64,000 nt of DNA from Eledone cirrhosa (lineage: Eukaryota), in contig OZ024752.1 of NCBI GenBank assembly GCA_964016885.1, positions 30,752,001 to 30,816,000 of the forward strand, read 5' to 3'. Position 1 is the first letter of the stretch, and each line of letters begins with the position of its first letter. The notes beneath the pieces are model-generated. The model had not been told where the DNA came from, did no database searches, and saw only the letters and a program-made list of their open reading frames with translations. A program made the position numbers and the translations under genes. Below, piece by piece: positions 11,570-26,032 of the stretch.

Positions 11570-12135
11570 AGAGTACACAGTTATAGACAGTGTATAGAGT
11601 ACACAGTTATAGACTGTATATAGAGTACACAGTTATAGACTGTATATAGAGTACAGAGATATAGACTGTCTATAGTGTACAGAGATATACACTATCTATA
11701 GAGTACATAGCTATAGACTGTCTATAGAATACAGATATAGACTGTGTATAGAGTACAGTTATAGACTGTATATAGAATACACAGGTATAGACTGTCTATA
11801 GAGTACAGAGATATACACTGTCTATAGAGTACATAGCTATAGACTGTCTATAGAATACACAGATATAGACTGTCTATAGAGTACAGAGATATTGACTGTG
11901 TATAGAGTACATAGCTATAGACTGTCTATAGAATACAGATATAGACTGTGTATAGAGTACAGTTATAGACTGTATATAGAATACACAGGTATAGACTGTC
12001 TATAGAGTACAGAGATATAGATTGTCTATAGAGTACATAGATATAGACTGTCTATAGAATAGACAGATATAGACTGTCTATAGAGTACACAGATATAGAC
12101 TCTGTATAGAATACACAAATATAGACTGTCTATAG
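11570..12135. repeat. ~26-bp minisatellite with internal palindrome
   Basis: Unit tatagactgtctatagagtacagaga, ~21 degenerate copies. Confidence 0.9.
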
Positions 12136-12704
12136 ATTATACTCTCATGGAATGACAAAATGAGGTTTATTTTTCAACATAGTCCTTGGAAAGAAAGAAT
12201 GGTTATTAAAAAAAAAAAATTTAAATTAATGTAGACAAGATTTCACAGCTCTAGCATCACTCTTTCATAATAGTCATACCCTTGTGTATCATTCTTCATT
12301 ATATGGGGACCATTTGTGAAGTTCTTCAATTAAAACAAACCCAGTCATCACCATCATATCATTGGGAACTACAAAAGGTGTCTTATGTGTAATTCAAGGC
12401 ATTCATGATGAAATCAAAGCTGGAAGTTTCAAATACTTCAATACTGAATGTATATTATTATGTTGGTCATGTCCACCTCGGAACCGAAAAAAAAAAAGAA
12501 AAGAAAGAATTTAAGAGAAGTAAATAAAAAAAAAAGCAAAAAGGTATACAATGGAATATAGACAAAAGAAAATCTAATAGAGTGAAAAAAATACAAGGAA
12601 ATCTTTTTCAGAAAAAGGACACACACACACACATATAGAGTAATAATAATAAATGTGAAGACTAAAATCCGAAGAGATTTATATATAAATATATGTATTA
12701 TATA

Positions 12705-12885
12705 ATGTGTGGGTTCCCGAGTTGTGTCAGAGTAACTACAGTTTAAAGAAGGTACTCAATACGTTGGTAGAGTATAGGCATCTTTATTGTATATATAGAA
12801 ATGACTTTTAGAGGATTAGAACTGTTTCATTCGCATGAAATCATCAGATACAAATGAGACAGTTCTAGTCCTGTAGAAATCATTC
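12705..12885 (-). mobile_element. PLE-terminus element family H2 with hammerhead-like core and partial fold-back
   Basis: Minus: CTGATGA TTTC ATGC GAAT GAAAC AGTTCTA, then tail with tattgagtacc; homologs at 18024, 20417, 33559. Confidence 0.7.
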
Positions 12886-12888
12886 CTC

Positions 12889-13035
<147 letters not shown>

Positions 13036-13305
13036 TATGTGTATAGTAGTCTCAGCAATTGTTTGGCTCCATGTTATAAAACACCAAACGAGAGACAAAT
13101 CTCCTGGATAATTGCCAGTCTGTCTTACATGTAACATTCCTATAGGAACTTGCCACAATTAGCTCAACTGAAAGAAGTCAAATCAAATATCTTAACAAGA
13201 GTTATCTTAAAATACCTGTGACGAATTAAAATCACGGTGCGTGAATTCATTATAACTCAAGCTCTTGGTTATTTAAGCTTTTTAAATACACACACGTGGC
13301 TATAT

Positions 13306-13358
<53 letters not shown>

Positions 13359-14076
13359 TAGATAGGTAAATAGAGAGGTAGATAGACAGACATATATATA
13401 AGTAGATGGATAGACAGATAGATAGCTATACAGACAGACACATACATATATAAATATATATATAGGTAGTTAGATAGACATATAAGTAGATGGATAGACA
13501 AACAGATAGATAGATAGACTCATACATAAAAATATATATATAGGTAGATAGACATATAAGTAGATGGATAGAAAGACAAATAGAAAGACAAATAGATAGA
13601 TAGATAGCTAGATAGATAGATAGATAGAAAGAAAACATGTTAGGAGGGTGGGTAAATTATAGAGTAAAATTAAAAAAATATAAAGAGTAAGTCAAGGAAA
13701 AAGCTAGCAAGTTACACAGAGAGAGAGAAAGAGAGAGATAGAGAGAGAGTGTGTGTGCGCGTGAGAGTGAGAGATGTGTGTGTGTGTGTTGGTGTAAGAG
13801 AAGTTGAGAGTAAGGAAGAACCAGATCTACAGAACAAGGAAGAAAATTAAGTAATGAATAGAAGAAAAGGTAAAAAAGAAGATAAGAAAAAATAACACAA
13901 AACAATAAAGATGATGAGTGAAAAAAAAACAATGGAAGAAATGAAAATAAGAGAAATAGAGAGAGAGAGTGAAAAATAAGGTATTTAGAGGAAGGAAGAA
14001 TGTGAGAAGGCAGTGGATAAAAAAAAAAAATCTTTCTCTCATCTTTAGATGTAATATATACACACACACACACACA

Positions 14077-14154
14077 CAGGGTGTCCCCCCAAAAATGTAT
14101 ACAGTTTTATTGGAATGCTGTTAAAGTGTGTATACATTTTTTGGGAACACCCTG
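14077..14154. mobile_element. Tc1/mariner-like mini-MITE
   Basis: TIRs cagggtgtccc..aaaaatgtataca / tgtatacatttt..acaccctg; other copies at 15445, 29440, 41688. Confidence 0.8.
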
Positions 14155-15394
14155 TGTGTGTGTGTGTGTGTATTGGAAAGAGAGACACAAGAAGACTAAG
14201 AAAGATATATAGAGAATATGAAAGAGAGGAAAAGAAAGAAAGAGAGAGGGATAGAAAACAAGAGAGAGAAAGAGATGTAGCAATGCACAGATAGAGAGAG
14301 ATGTAGCAAGACAGAAAGCAAGTGAGAGAAAGAAAGAGATAAAGAGAGACGTAGGCAGTGCGAGATGTAATTTGCCAGGAGTGACTAATCCTTATCAACT
14401 TCCGCCGACACTGACTTGTTTTTTTTTTTTCTTCACCACGAAATAATAACAATAACAAACGTTACATCGTCGAGAGTGTAGAGGAAACAACACTAACTAA
14501 TACTACTGATATATTATTACTACTATTACTATCATACAAAGAAGACTAACTACTATTACACAGTGTATCTACCGGTCAGTGTTTATTATATTACTAGCTT
14601 TCTTTTTCACACTTTGCCGTAATTGTTGTTGTAACTGTTGTTGTCATATTGGAATTAGAAGAGTATAGTATAGTACTGTATAGTATAGTAAGGTATAGTA
14701 TTATTATTATCTATATAGTAATTACATTGACAATAATTAATTTTTCCGTCGTCTGAAATTCTGTAGTTGTCAAAATGTGTTCCACTGTTTAATATTTACC
14801 TATAATCTCGTGGTGGTGGATGGGGGATGGGGGATGCGTTGAATGTTTATATATGTATAGGCATATATATATATATATAATGTGTGTGTATATATATAAT
14901 GTGTGTGTGTATATATATATATATAATGTGTGTATATAAATGTATGTGTGTGTATATATATATATGTGTGTGTGTATACATATATGTGAGTGTGTGTATA
15001 TAAATGTATGTGTGTATATATATAAGTATGTGTGTGTATAAACATGTGTGTGTGTGTATATATATATGTGTGTGTATGTGTATATATATGCGTGTGTTTA
15101 TGTGTATATATATGCGTGTGTATGTGTATATATATATATGTGTATGTGTATATATATGCGTGTGCATGTGTATATATATGCGCGTGTGCATGTGTATATA
15201 TATGCGCGTGTGCATGTGTATATATATATGCGTGTGTGTATGTGTATATATATGCGTGGGTGCATGTGTATATATATGCGTGTGTGTATGTGTATATATA
15301 TGCGTGTGTGCATGTGTATATATATGCGTGTGTATGTGTATATATATGCGTGTGTATGTAAGTATATATGTGTGTATATGTATGTATATATATG

Positions 15395-15427
<33 letters not shown>

Positions 15428-15444
15428 ATATATGTATGTATATA

Positions 15445-15599
15445 CAGAGTGTCCCCTAAAATGTATACATACTTCAGCAGCATTCTAATAAATATATGTA
15501 TATATTTCGTGGGACGCAGCATTCTAATAAATATATGTATATATTTCGTGGGACGCAGCATTCTAATAAATATATGTATATATTTCGTGGGACACCCTG
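15445..15599. mobile_element. Same mini-MITE with internal ~39-bp triplication
   Basis: TIRs present; gcagcattctaataaatatatgtatatatttcgtgggac repeated three times. Confidence 0.8.
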
Positions 15600-15743
15600 T
15601 ATGTGTATATATAGATATATATACTGGTAACATGTAACCCAGTACAACCTGTCTCAGGTCGCTCATATATATATATATATTTCGTTTCTTCCCCTGCTCA
15701 CTCAGCCCTATCTTTCTATTTTTTTCTTTAATTTCTCATTCTA

Positions 15744-15779
15744 TTTTCTGATGAAGGATTAGCGTCCAAAACGTTAAGA
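15744..15779 (+). ncRNA. Degenerate PLE-type minimal hammerhead
   Basis: CUGAUGA A GGA UUAGCG UCC AAAA CG UU; GAAA mutated to AAAA at a CpG. Confidence 0.5.
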
Positions 15780-17372
15780 CTCTTTTCCTAATATGTCAAG
15801 CATAAAACTAATATATTTCTTCATTGCACTGTCATTTCTGCTTTGTTATTTCTGCCTACGTTTTGCACACACACACACATGTATATATATACATATATTT
15901 GTGTTTCGTTCTATTTGTGTTTCGTTCTATATATCTTTCCATTTCTTTGTTCCTCTCTTCATCCATTCCTGTCCTTACCTCTATCAATGTGTATTTTATC
16001 TGTCACTTTTTTTTCATTTAATCTATCTATCTATCCATACATCTATCACTCTATACATCTATCTATTTATTTGTGTGAAAGTTTGCTTTTCTCCATATTA
16101 TTCTTTCAAGCCTTGTTCTTTATCGAACTTCTCCATCCAATGTTTAAAGTGAGGTAGGGAATACCTCGAGGAAACAAACAGCTCTGAGTGTATATCGTTC
16201 TATCTAATTGTATGTGATTGAGGCATGAGATTAATGTAATGATAGCAATGCACACACACACACATAGACACACACACGTATACACTAACATACACATACT
16301 CACTCAAGACACATGCACACACGCAGAGACACGTACAATCCAGACACACAAACACATATACACTCTCACACAACCACACACTCACATACAGACACCCACA
16401 CTTTCACACAACCACACAGACATACTCACATACACTTTCACACAACCACACAGACATACACTCACATACAGACACCTACACTTTCACACAACCACACAGA
16501 CATACACTCACATACACTTTCACACAACCACACAGACATACACTCACATACAGACACCCACACTTTCACACTCACATACAGACACCTACACTTTCATACA
16601 ACCACACAGACATACACTCACATACAGACACCCACACTTTCACACAACCACACAGACATACACTCACATACAGACACCCACACTTTCCAAATATTGTTAT
16701 GTGCGATCCATTCACCAGAGAATGTCTTCTCTCACCAACAGTTATGTTTATGGTCATGTTGTGTTCCCATGTGAAGCTATGTAGGTATTCATTTAGAATA
16801 GAGTCGGATAAGTTTGAGAATAAAATCAAACTGAAAAATACCTTGTTTTCTTTACCAAATCTTTTATTATTTACTTGAGATTATTTTATTCTATTTTTAC
16901 AAATCTTGACCCTTTTTCTTTGTCTTCTGCCATTTATCTGCAACCGAATTTCCTCGCATTCACCTCAATTGTATTGTCAAAAATTATTCGACTCTATTTT
17001 ATACGAAGATCCGTATACATGTGTTATTTATATAAGTATACACGAACATACATCTCTTTATTCCCATGTGACTGTCTACTACAGACACACTTGTATATGT
17101 AAATATTTTTTATTAGTGTATACATGTACGAACATATGCTTCCTTGTTATCTTTTAGCCTCAGGTCAGCCCCGACGAGAGAAAAAATCTATAATCAAACT
17201 GGTTTCAGCCAACATCATCACCATCACGTTTTTTTTTTCAATTAAATTATTTATAAGAGAAAAAGAAAAAAGGACTATATTGACCGATATGTCATTCTCT
17301 TTTTTAAGACAGTGGGTGTGATTTGAGGGAGATTTGGCTGCAATTTCTAACAGGTTAATCCACAGTGCTACC

Positions 17373-17467
<95 letters not shown>

Positions 17468-17754
17468 ATAATATACACACATACATACACGCATGTCGAT
17501 AGATTTGCTGATCAACATGTACGCATAAGCGTGTCATTACATGTATATTTATACGCTATTCGCTATTCGCGTGTGCGGGCATCTGTACATATGCACGTCT
17601 GTGTCAGTGTGTGTTTATATATTTGTATGTGTGTGTGTGTGATCTCACGTTTCTGCATATATACTTGTGTATATATATGCATATATACTTGTGTATATAT
17701 ATGCATATATACTTATGTATATATATATATATACACACACACACACATATATAT

Positions 17755-17832
<78 letters not shown>

Positions 17833-17960
17833 TCTCGTGTTTCTGCATATATACATACGTGTATATATGAGTGTTTGTGTGTATCAGTGCATATATGTAT
17901 CTGTATGTGTGTACAAAAATCTGTATATGTTGCTGTCAACACTCGTGCCTTTGTATTTAC

Positions 17961-18023
<63 letters not shown>

Positions 18024-18028
<5 letters not shown>

Positions 18029-18208
18029 GATGAGATTCTACAGGACTAGAACTGTTTCATTCTTTAGAAATCATCAGGAATCTCTGATGATTTCTAAAGA
18101 ATGAAACAGTTCTAGTCCTGTAGAATCTCATCTATATTAACACTTTTATACTCTGCAATGTATTGAGTACCTTACTTACTGTGGTTACCTCCGATTCAAC
18201 CCGGAATA

Positions 18209-18210
<2 letters not shown>
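18024..18210 (+). mobile_element. Perfect fold-back H2 element with tail
   Basis: 54-bp arms (18024-18077, 18084-18137), 6-nt spacer, CTGATGA at the start of the right arm, tail with tattgagtacc. Confidence 0.85.
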
Positions 18211-18915
<705 letters not shown>

Positions 18916-20416
18916 TTTAACTGCCTATATGTATGTAAGTCTGTAATGCCTTTATGGTAAATAAAGAAATATATATGTATGTAAGTCTGTTTATCAGTGT
19001 ATATATTCAATATCAGCTGCGTCTAGGCAGGGCTATCTATGATCAAATTCGTACCAACTATAAACACTGCCCCATCCTTAATTTTTAGATACATTTATTC
19101 AGCCTGTACTTTCTTTTTTAAGACGATAGGGTGTTATAAAAGTAGATACAGGCCTATTAAATAATAGGCCTGTATCTACTTTTATAACACCCTATCGTCT
19201 TAAACTATCGTCCGAACTGGCTGGTTTGTTATATTGAGATTAAGATGCTTACGACAGCCGTTCTCTTAAGTGGTCACTCATCTACCTCACCATACTATTT
19301 GGGGCTGATATTCTGTTTCACTTTTAAAACGGTAGGGGTGTTTTAATTTGTTACATATCTGCCATGTCTCCACGTCCGACGGGGAGATTTGCAATAGCCT
19401 TTGGGGTGGGTGAGAGATGCCATCTCTTGTGAAAATGGGTATAGCTTTCATTATGTAAAATCTCTCCGTTTTGGGGTACTTATTTTTCATGGTACTCCCC
19501 GTTTGCGTTTTTAGAAGTTGGCAGGTCTGTTGTTAGTTCTTGCAGATTGAGTATCCACTTAGAAAGGAAGTGTAGTTCTGGTGTCCATAAGTAAAAGAAT
19601 AGCTAAAGTTTATTTATCATAATGTTAGTGATGAAATCGGGTGAATTTGAAATACATACCACATTAGTAACAAAGATAAAATGAATCGGAAAGGATACAA
19701 ACAAAAAGATGAAAAAGAAAGAAAATAGAAGCCATGCACGTTCGTTGTAAGTATAAACACATGTCTAGATGTATAACGATACCAACCCTTATATATATAT
19801 ATATATAACGATAAATCCGGAATAAGAGGAAACTGGCATAGTACTACATACACACTGCCGGGGGAGACTCTAAGTAGTCGCGTGATCTGTAAGAAATAGC
19901 AGTCAAATCTCACTCGAATTACACCCTTTTGTTTTAAGGAGGGAATTACACCACATTGGATAATGCGGCCCCAGGTGTTGTATTTATCGGGGACGGGGAG
20001 AGGGAGATAGGGTTCATCTCAGTTGAGATACTTTTCATCTCAAGGTCTCCTTGATCAGGAATCATTTTGGACTAAACAACAACAACAACAACAATACCAT
20101 ATGATATAGATGAGGAATCTAATTTTCAATTTTCCTATTATTAACAACAAGAATTAATTAGAAACTAATTTTTTTTTTTTGTCTTTCAAAAATTCACTAA
20201 TTAGTAGACAATTAATCTAATTACTTTTCTTGTTTCTATTAGTATGTGTAAGTCTGTTGTTTAGAGATGTTTAGTCCCAGTCCAGCCCTGGCTAATTTTT
20301 CTAGTCAGGACAAGGGCTGAACTTTTACCTGCTGAGGCCCTAAGCCATATGAAATTTGAGGCCCTTCTCTAAAAAAAATATAATTATTATTTGTTATATT
20401 AATGTTAATGATAAAG

Positions 20417-20484
20417 TACAGGACTAGAACTGTTTCATTCGCATGAAATCGATTTCATACGAATGAAACAGTTCTAGTCCCGTA
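20417..20484. mobile_element. Spacerless fold-back H2 fragment
   Basis: 34-bp arms with 2 mismatches; axis at aaatc|gattt. Confidence 0.8.
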
Positions 20485-20581
20485 GAAGCCATTTCTGTAT
20501 TAAATAATTGTTTCTACTTGTGGCACAAGGCCAGCAATCATCCAGTGCATTACTGGTATAAATAATGATATATATATACAT

Positions 20582-20612
<31 letters not shown>

Positions 20613-20753
20613 ATACAACTGGTTTTTCCACATAATACATATTGTTAGCACCCCAAACACTTAAATTGGGTTATATTTTAATATAACCTAATGTTTGTTG
20701 AGTGAGATGGTTACCAGTCAGAGTTTAGCTTTAAACTATCTCTGTTATTGTAT

Positions 20754-20803
<50 letters not shown>

Positions 20804-21251
20804 AATTGCACCAGAAATAAAACGTCGGCGTGAAGAGATTATATGTATGTATATATATATATATGACACACACACAGCTCGTCCGCTGACAAAGACAACA
20901 CGCATCGCATCCACTTCAATGAATCGCATCTTTATTTGAAGAGATATCGTACACAACACATAAACATAGATAAAACAACCAAATGGGATGGTAGAGGATT
21001 TAGGACAAGAAGTAGAACCGGTCATTTAAGTTCAAAGGAGAATATGGTCCGAAAACGAATACGATGTATTGTTAACTTATATTTCCTGGAGTGATGCCGG
21101 ATACCGACGAGAGATGGTTAATGGAGTGGTCAGCTTTACTCACCAAAACAAATAAACACTATTATACTTTGTTTTGCTTGTTGGCTTTTGTTAATCGATT
21201 GGATGGCTGCGGTGTTCCAAAAACTGGTTCCTAAAGTTTTTAATGGACATC

Positions 21252-21780
21252 TATCAATCAATCGGTCACGTTCCTGCAACTGGTGCAGCCAGTTGTTGGG
21301 GTGCCACTTCAGATGTGCAACTGGTGCTGCTAGTCGTTGGGGTACCACCGCAGACGCTTTCATAGTCAGCCATCGCCACTTGTTTCTATTCTCTGTCATG
21401 ACCAGTCTATTCTCTGTTGTGACCAGTCCAGTCTTTGATGTTGTCGGACCAGGATTTTCTTTCTCTGCTTCTACCCCCCCCCCCTTCCTCGATTGTGCCC
21501 TCGAGGCTCAAATTGCACAGGTCCCTGGGGATTACGATTCTTTTGTATGGGTATGAAAATTGGACTGTCACAGCTGACATGGAACGAAGGAACCAGGCAT
21601 TCGAAAACAAATGCTTCAGAAGGATGCGACACACCCTTTGCATGGAGCACAAAACAAACAACTTTGTCAGGCAGCAAGTTAACAAATATGTTGGTAGACA
21701 GGAACCACTCCTTGCGATAGTGAAAAGATGGAAGCTTGTCTGGTATGGTCATGTATCCCGCCTCAAATCCTTGTCTAAAT
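21252..21780 (-). mobile_element. RTE LINE 3' end with 5' inversion
   Basis: Minus 21505->21260 reads LEGTIE..RSRERKSWSDNIKDWTG..ENRNKWR with an (ATTG)n tail. Plus 21530-21780 reads LLYGYENW..AFENKCFRRM..KLVWYGHVSR.KSLSK. Confidence 0.88.
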
Positions 21781-22627
21781 GCACATACAATATCGAAAAA
21801 CATGAAAAAAGTAAGGTACAAAAATGTTTGTTTAATGAGAGAACTATCATGGACTGATTTTGTAACCGCGGGAAGGAAAGAGTTAGGGGAAAATAGGATA
21901 ACTCTAACCTATTTAGTTTAGATGTGGTATTTGGGGATTCAGGGATTCATATATAGTTACGGCCCCTTACGTTCTGAGTTCGAATTCCACTGAGGTTAGC
22001 TTAACCTTTCATCCTTCCGGAGTCAATAAAATAAAATAAAGTACCTGTAACATACTAGGGTCGATTTTATCGAGCCCCCCCCCAAAAAAAAAGAATTGTT
22101 GGCCTTGTGCCTAAGTCAGAACCATCCTGTAGTTGTTGCAATAATCGAAGTTTAAGTTCTCCAAGTTCAAATTGAATACAAGTTTTTTGGAACTTAAGGT
22201 GTTTGCCAAAATCGATACATTGCTAGAGTGCAAGCGCTCTGAGGTCTTGGATTTTTAGCATCAATTCTCTCATTGAGCGATCAAAGAACCGCATGATCGT
22301 TATATTATATATCGATCTCTTTTTGAGACATTACTGGAATAACATTTACTGTAGAGTGATTGAAATATAACATAGCTCATCCATGACATAACAAAATAAG
22401 CAAAAACTGAAATCAAAGTAACTAAAAACTTAACTCGACTTTTGTTATTAGCAAGACTGATCAATTTTTTTTATCTTTTCGATATGTAACAGTAAACGCT
22501 ATTACGATTTATACAACCCAGTGTAAGGACCAAAAACATATTGCGCCTATTTTCTTCCACCAATAAAATAAATTAGGATTAGGACGGTCTATGTGTTACG
22601 TTTAGTCTTGCGATTAAGTACCATGTC

Positions 22628-22984
22628 CAAGGCCGGACTTTCATCTGCTGAAGCATTAAGCTATATGGAATTTGAGGCCCTTCTCTAAAACAATTCGGGT
22701 AAAAATGTTTTAAAAATAATTATACATTTCCTTACGGGATCGATAAAATAAAGTAACACACTGAGGTGGATTTAATTGACCCACCCCGCTTCAATTTGCT
22801 GGCTTTGTGCCTAAAGTAGAAACAATTATTATTTTTATTTATATTAATGTTAATGATAAAGAATAAATAGTGTGTGTGTGTGTTAAGTATTTCCGTTGAA
22901 AAGAAGAGTGCTCTATGTATTGTACAGAATTATTTAATTACATAATAACCAACACAATATAATTATATTGTATTGTTTATTATG

Positions 22985-23037
<53 letters not shown>

Positions 23038-23318
23038 AGTATTCTGAGGATTTGATCAGAAGTAAACACTGTATTTAAAGTCGAGTGACGCAACTTCGAG
23101 TGATTAGCGGCCTTTAGACTCACCTCATCAATGAAACAATTGTTAATACTTGAAATAAAACCCCTTGTTGTACAGCCGACTATGTTATTCTTCAATCTTT
23201 CACTATATATATATATATGTATATATATATGGTCACACACCCTATTTAAAAATGAATCCCCCGAGGGTGTGTGGCCCTTACCTATAAACTAAATAAGTTA
23301 TAGTTAAGTCCAGCACTG
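22628..23318 (+). mobile_element. MITE interrupted by SINE and PLE-tail fragments
   Basis: Same family as the uninterrupted copy 26891-27077 and the partial copy at 20310. Confidence 0.6.
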
Positions 23319-23414
23319 ACGACGTCGAGTGAAATACTTACACACTACTATGCACAGAATTTAAATTTGCTTTTAATTGATGCAGTAAGCTCAAATATTC
23401 AAACCAAAGTTATT

Positions 23415-23845
23415 AAGGGCGGTGGATTGGCAGAATCTGTAGAGCGTCGGACAACGTGCTTTGCAGCAGATAGTCCCTTACGTTCTAATTTCAAATTTCA
23501 CCGAGGTTAGCTTTGTCTTTCATCCTTACGAGGTCGATAAAATATAGTACCAATAACGCACTGGGATCGATTTAATCGACCCCCCCCCCCCCCCCCCTAA
23601 AAAAAAAATGGTTGGCCTCGTGCCTAAATCAGAAATCATTATTTTTAGGGCGGTGGATTGGCAGTATCGGTAGAGGGTCTGACGCTATGCTTTTCAGCAA
23701 AGAGTTACGCCTCTTAATGGTTTGAGTTCAAATCCCGCCGAGGTTAACTTTGCCTTTCATCCTTACGGGGTCGATAAAATAAAGTACCAGTAATGTATTG
23801 GGTTATTGCTGGCCTTGTGCCTAAAGTAGAAACAATTATTTTTAG
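23415..23845 (+). mobile_element. Two tandem SINE A copies
   Basis: SINE A head and body. Confidence 0.88.
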
Positions 23846-24150
23846 AAGGGATTACAGTCTAGAATGTGTCTATAGGTTTTTTTTCTTCTTCTGGCTGTTT
23901 GCCTCGTCTTTCAGTATTAAAAGAAGAACAGTATAATCATTTGTACCGATTCTAAAGAAACTTTGTTTTACTAAATGGGTGTCCAGAAAGTCAGCAGTAA
24001 TAGAAATCCTGAACAAATTCTGGTTGGTAAGATATGACTGCCCCCCCCCCCCCCCCCCCCAATTCTTGTACTCCCAAACAGATCGCTGATGTGAAGGGTG
24101 TATTGGAAACATTCAGCACGTAAAGAGTTCTCAGTTCTTATATGATAGAG

Positions 24151-24922
24151 CAGTGTTTCTCAACCAGTGTTCCCAGGAAATCTGATAAATAAGTTATTGC
24201 ATTTTTGAGTAATTTTTGTTAAATTTTTGTTAAATTTTTGAGTAATTTTTGTTAATTTTTGTTTAATTTTGGTAATTTTTGTTAAATTTTATATTCATAA
24301 TTTTTCTAGACACGTACGCCATATTGTTGGGAAATCCTTGGTTATTTTAAAGGCTTCAACCTCTTATAGTATTTAAAACTAGGTCGTTATAAAAATATAA
24401 AAGTGATAAATATTAGTAATGATTTCTAGTATAGGCACAAGGCCAGTAATTTTTGTGGGGAGGAGAAAGTCGATTAAATCGACCCCAGTACGTTACTGGT
24501 ACTTTATTTTATCGACCCCGTAAGGATGAAAGGCAAAGTTAACCTCGGCGGGATTTGAACTCAGACCGTAAGGGGCCATAATTCTATGCTGCAAAGCATG
24601 GTGTTCGATTCTCTCCCGATACTGCCAATCCACCGCCCAATAGATATTGATAATTGTTTCTACTTTTGGCACAAGGCCAGAAATTACACAGTAAATTACT
24701 GGTACTTTATTTTATCGACCCCGTAAGGATGAATGGCAAAGTTAACCCCGGCGGGATTTGAACTCAGAATGGCAAGGGCCGTAACTCTATGCTAGAAAGC
24801 ATGGCGTCCGACCCTCTACCGATACTGCCAATCCACATAATAATTTTTATGCAGGAATTTCCTGAGACATGAAAACTATTTCAAGGATTCCACAAGGGTA
24901 AAAAATAGGTCGAGAAACGCTG
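24151..24922. mobile_element. hAT (Charlie-like) MITE with two nested SINE A copies (24420-24840, minus)
   Basis: TIRs cagtgtttctcaac / gtcgagaaacgctg; 8-bp flanks tgatagag / ttctagag. Confidence 0.8.
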
Positions 24923-25149
24923 TTCTAGAGTAATGTGTCAGACATACCTTTCAATTATACAGTGGCAATTTGATTTAGCTTAACAAAACATAAAAGAGAA
25001 AAGGAAAAACATGCAAATTGAGTATGAATCTGTGAATGTGTATTTGAAGAGATAGCGAATGAATTAACCGAGTTGTTTCTCAGTTTCTAAAATGTGATAT
25101 TAATATATAATATACGCAACACAGAGAACGTAAAAAGACAAAGTATCCT

Positions 25150-25470
25150 ATGATTCTATGGTAGGAGAACAATGAATATCTGATGCCCGAAAGAAAACCA
25201 GCTCATTGTTGAATCCTATTTAGTGTCTTAAGATTCTGTTGTAAATAATACAGATATAAGATTTGATCATTAAAAAAAGACAAAAAACACGTAATTTCCA
25301 AATTTAGAGCTTTAGATCCAAAGTATTTTAACAATGCAGATAATGTGAATAAATTCGAATTATTTTAGCAGACACGTACTCAGACGCCATTTCACAGTGA
25401 AACTGAAGTCGTACAAGAGTTTCTTTCATTCAAAGACACGTACAAAGAGATAATGAACATCTGCATGGTA
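25150..25470 (+). pseudogene. Degenerate hAT (ZMYM1-like) transposase fragment
   Basis: Broken frames give VLDSVVNN-like, IRFD, ISKFRALDPKYF and EVVQEFLSFKDTYKEI segments. Confidence 0.5.
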
Positions 25471-26032
25471 AATTGAAACGACGAGCAACTGACTGGCTCG
25501 CCATCCTATAACAACAGTGTGGTAGATTGAAACCACAAGTAACTGACTCGTTGGCCATCAATAATGTACTTAAATTCATGATGGTCAATGACGTGTACCA
25601 TTTATTCTACTAACCTGTCTGCTTTGTATTACATTTGTCTAACCTTCCCCAATAATTAACGCAGTCGTCATCAAACAATCCTTTAGTTAGTTGGCTCAGG
25701 TACACGGTTAATGGGGAACTGATAAATTATTATTTCGTTAGTTTTGCTCTCTCTCTCTCCATTGTAACACATTTCTCTCTACATCGATAATGTCATAAGT
25801 GTCATCATTTCAATACTGAAGTAGGTTATAATAAAGTGTTGGATAACGAATGAAGCTTTAGACAAATGGTTCTCAATCGGGGTCTATATGGTTCTTGGAA
25901 CTCCGTATAAGAATTTTGGGGTCTAAGGTAGCATTTTAGGGGCCCATTAAAAAGTTTTCGCTTAGAGAAAGAAAAAATAATAATAAAACAGTTACATCAA
26001 GGCAGTTGGTCCTAAAAAATCCTTGGTTTTAG

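Noticed and set aside
19287-19490. 67-aa minus-strand ORF
   Set aside because: No recognisable domain; may be a TE remnant but cannot be supported.
21133-21250. Minus-strand exon ending at a gtgagt donor
   Set aside because: The apparent acceptor is the RTE tail junction and no recognisable protein is encoded.
23085-23152. Hammerhead-like motif on the minus strand (UUGAUGA..GAAG..UC)
   Set aside because: Two core mutations and no stem I pairing; at best a decayed remnant.
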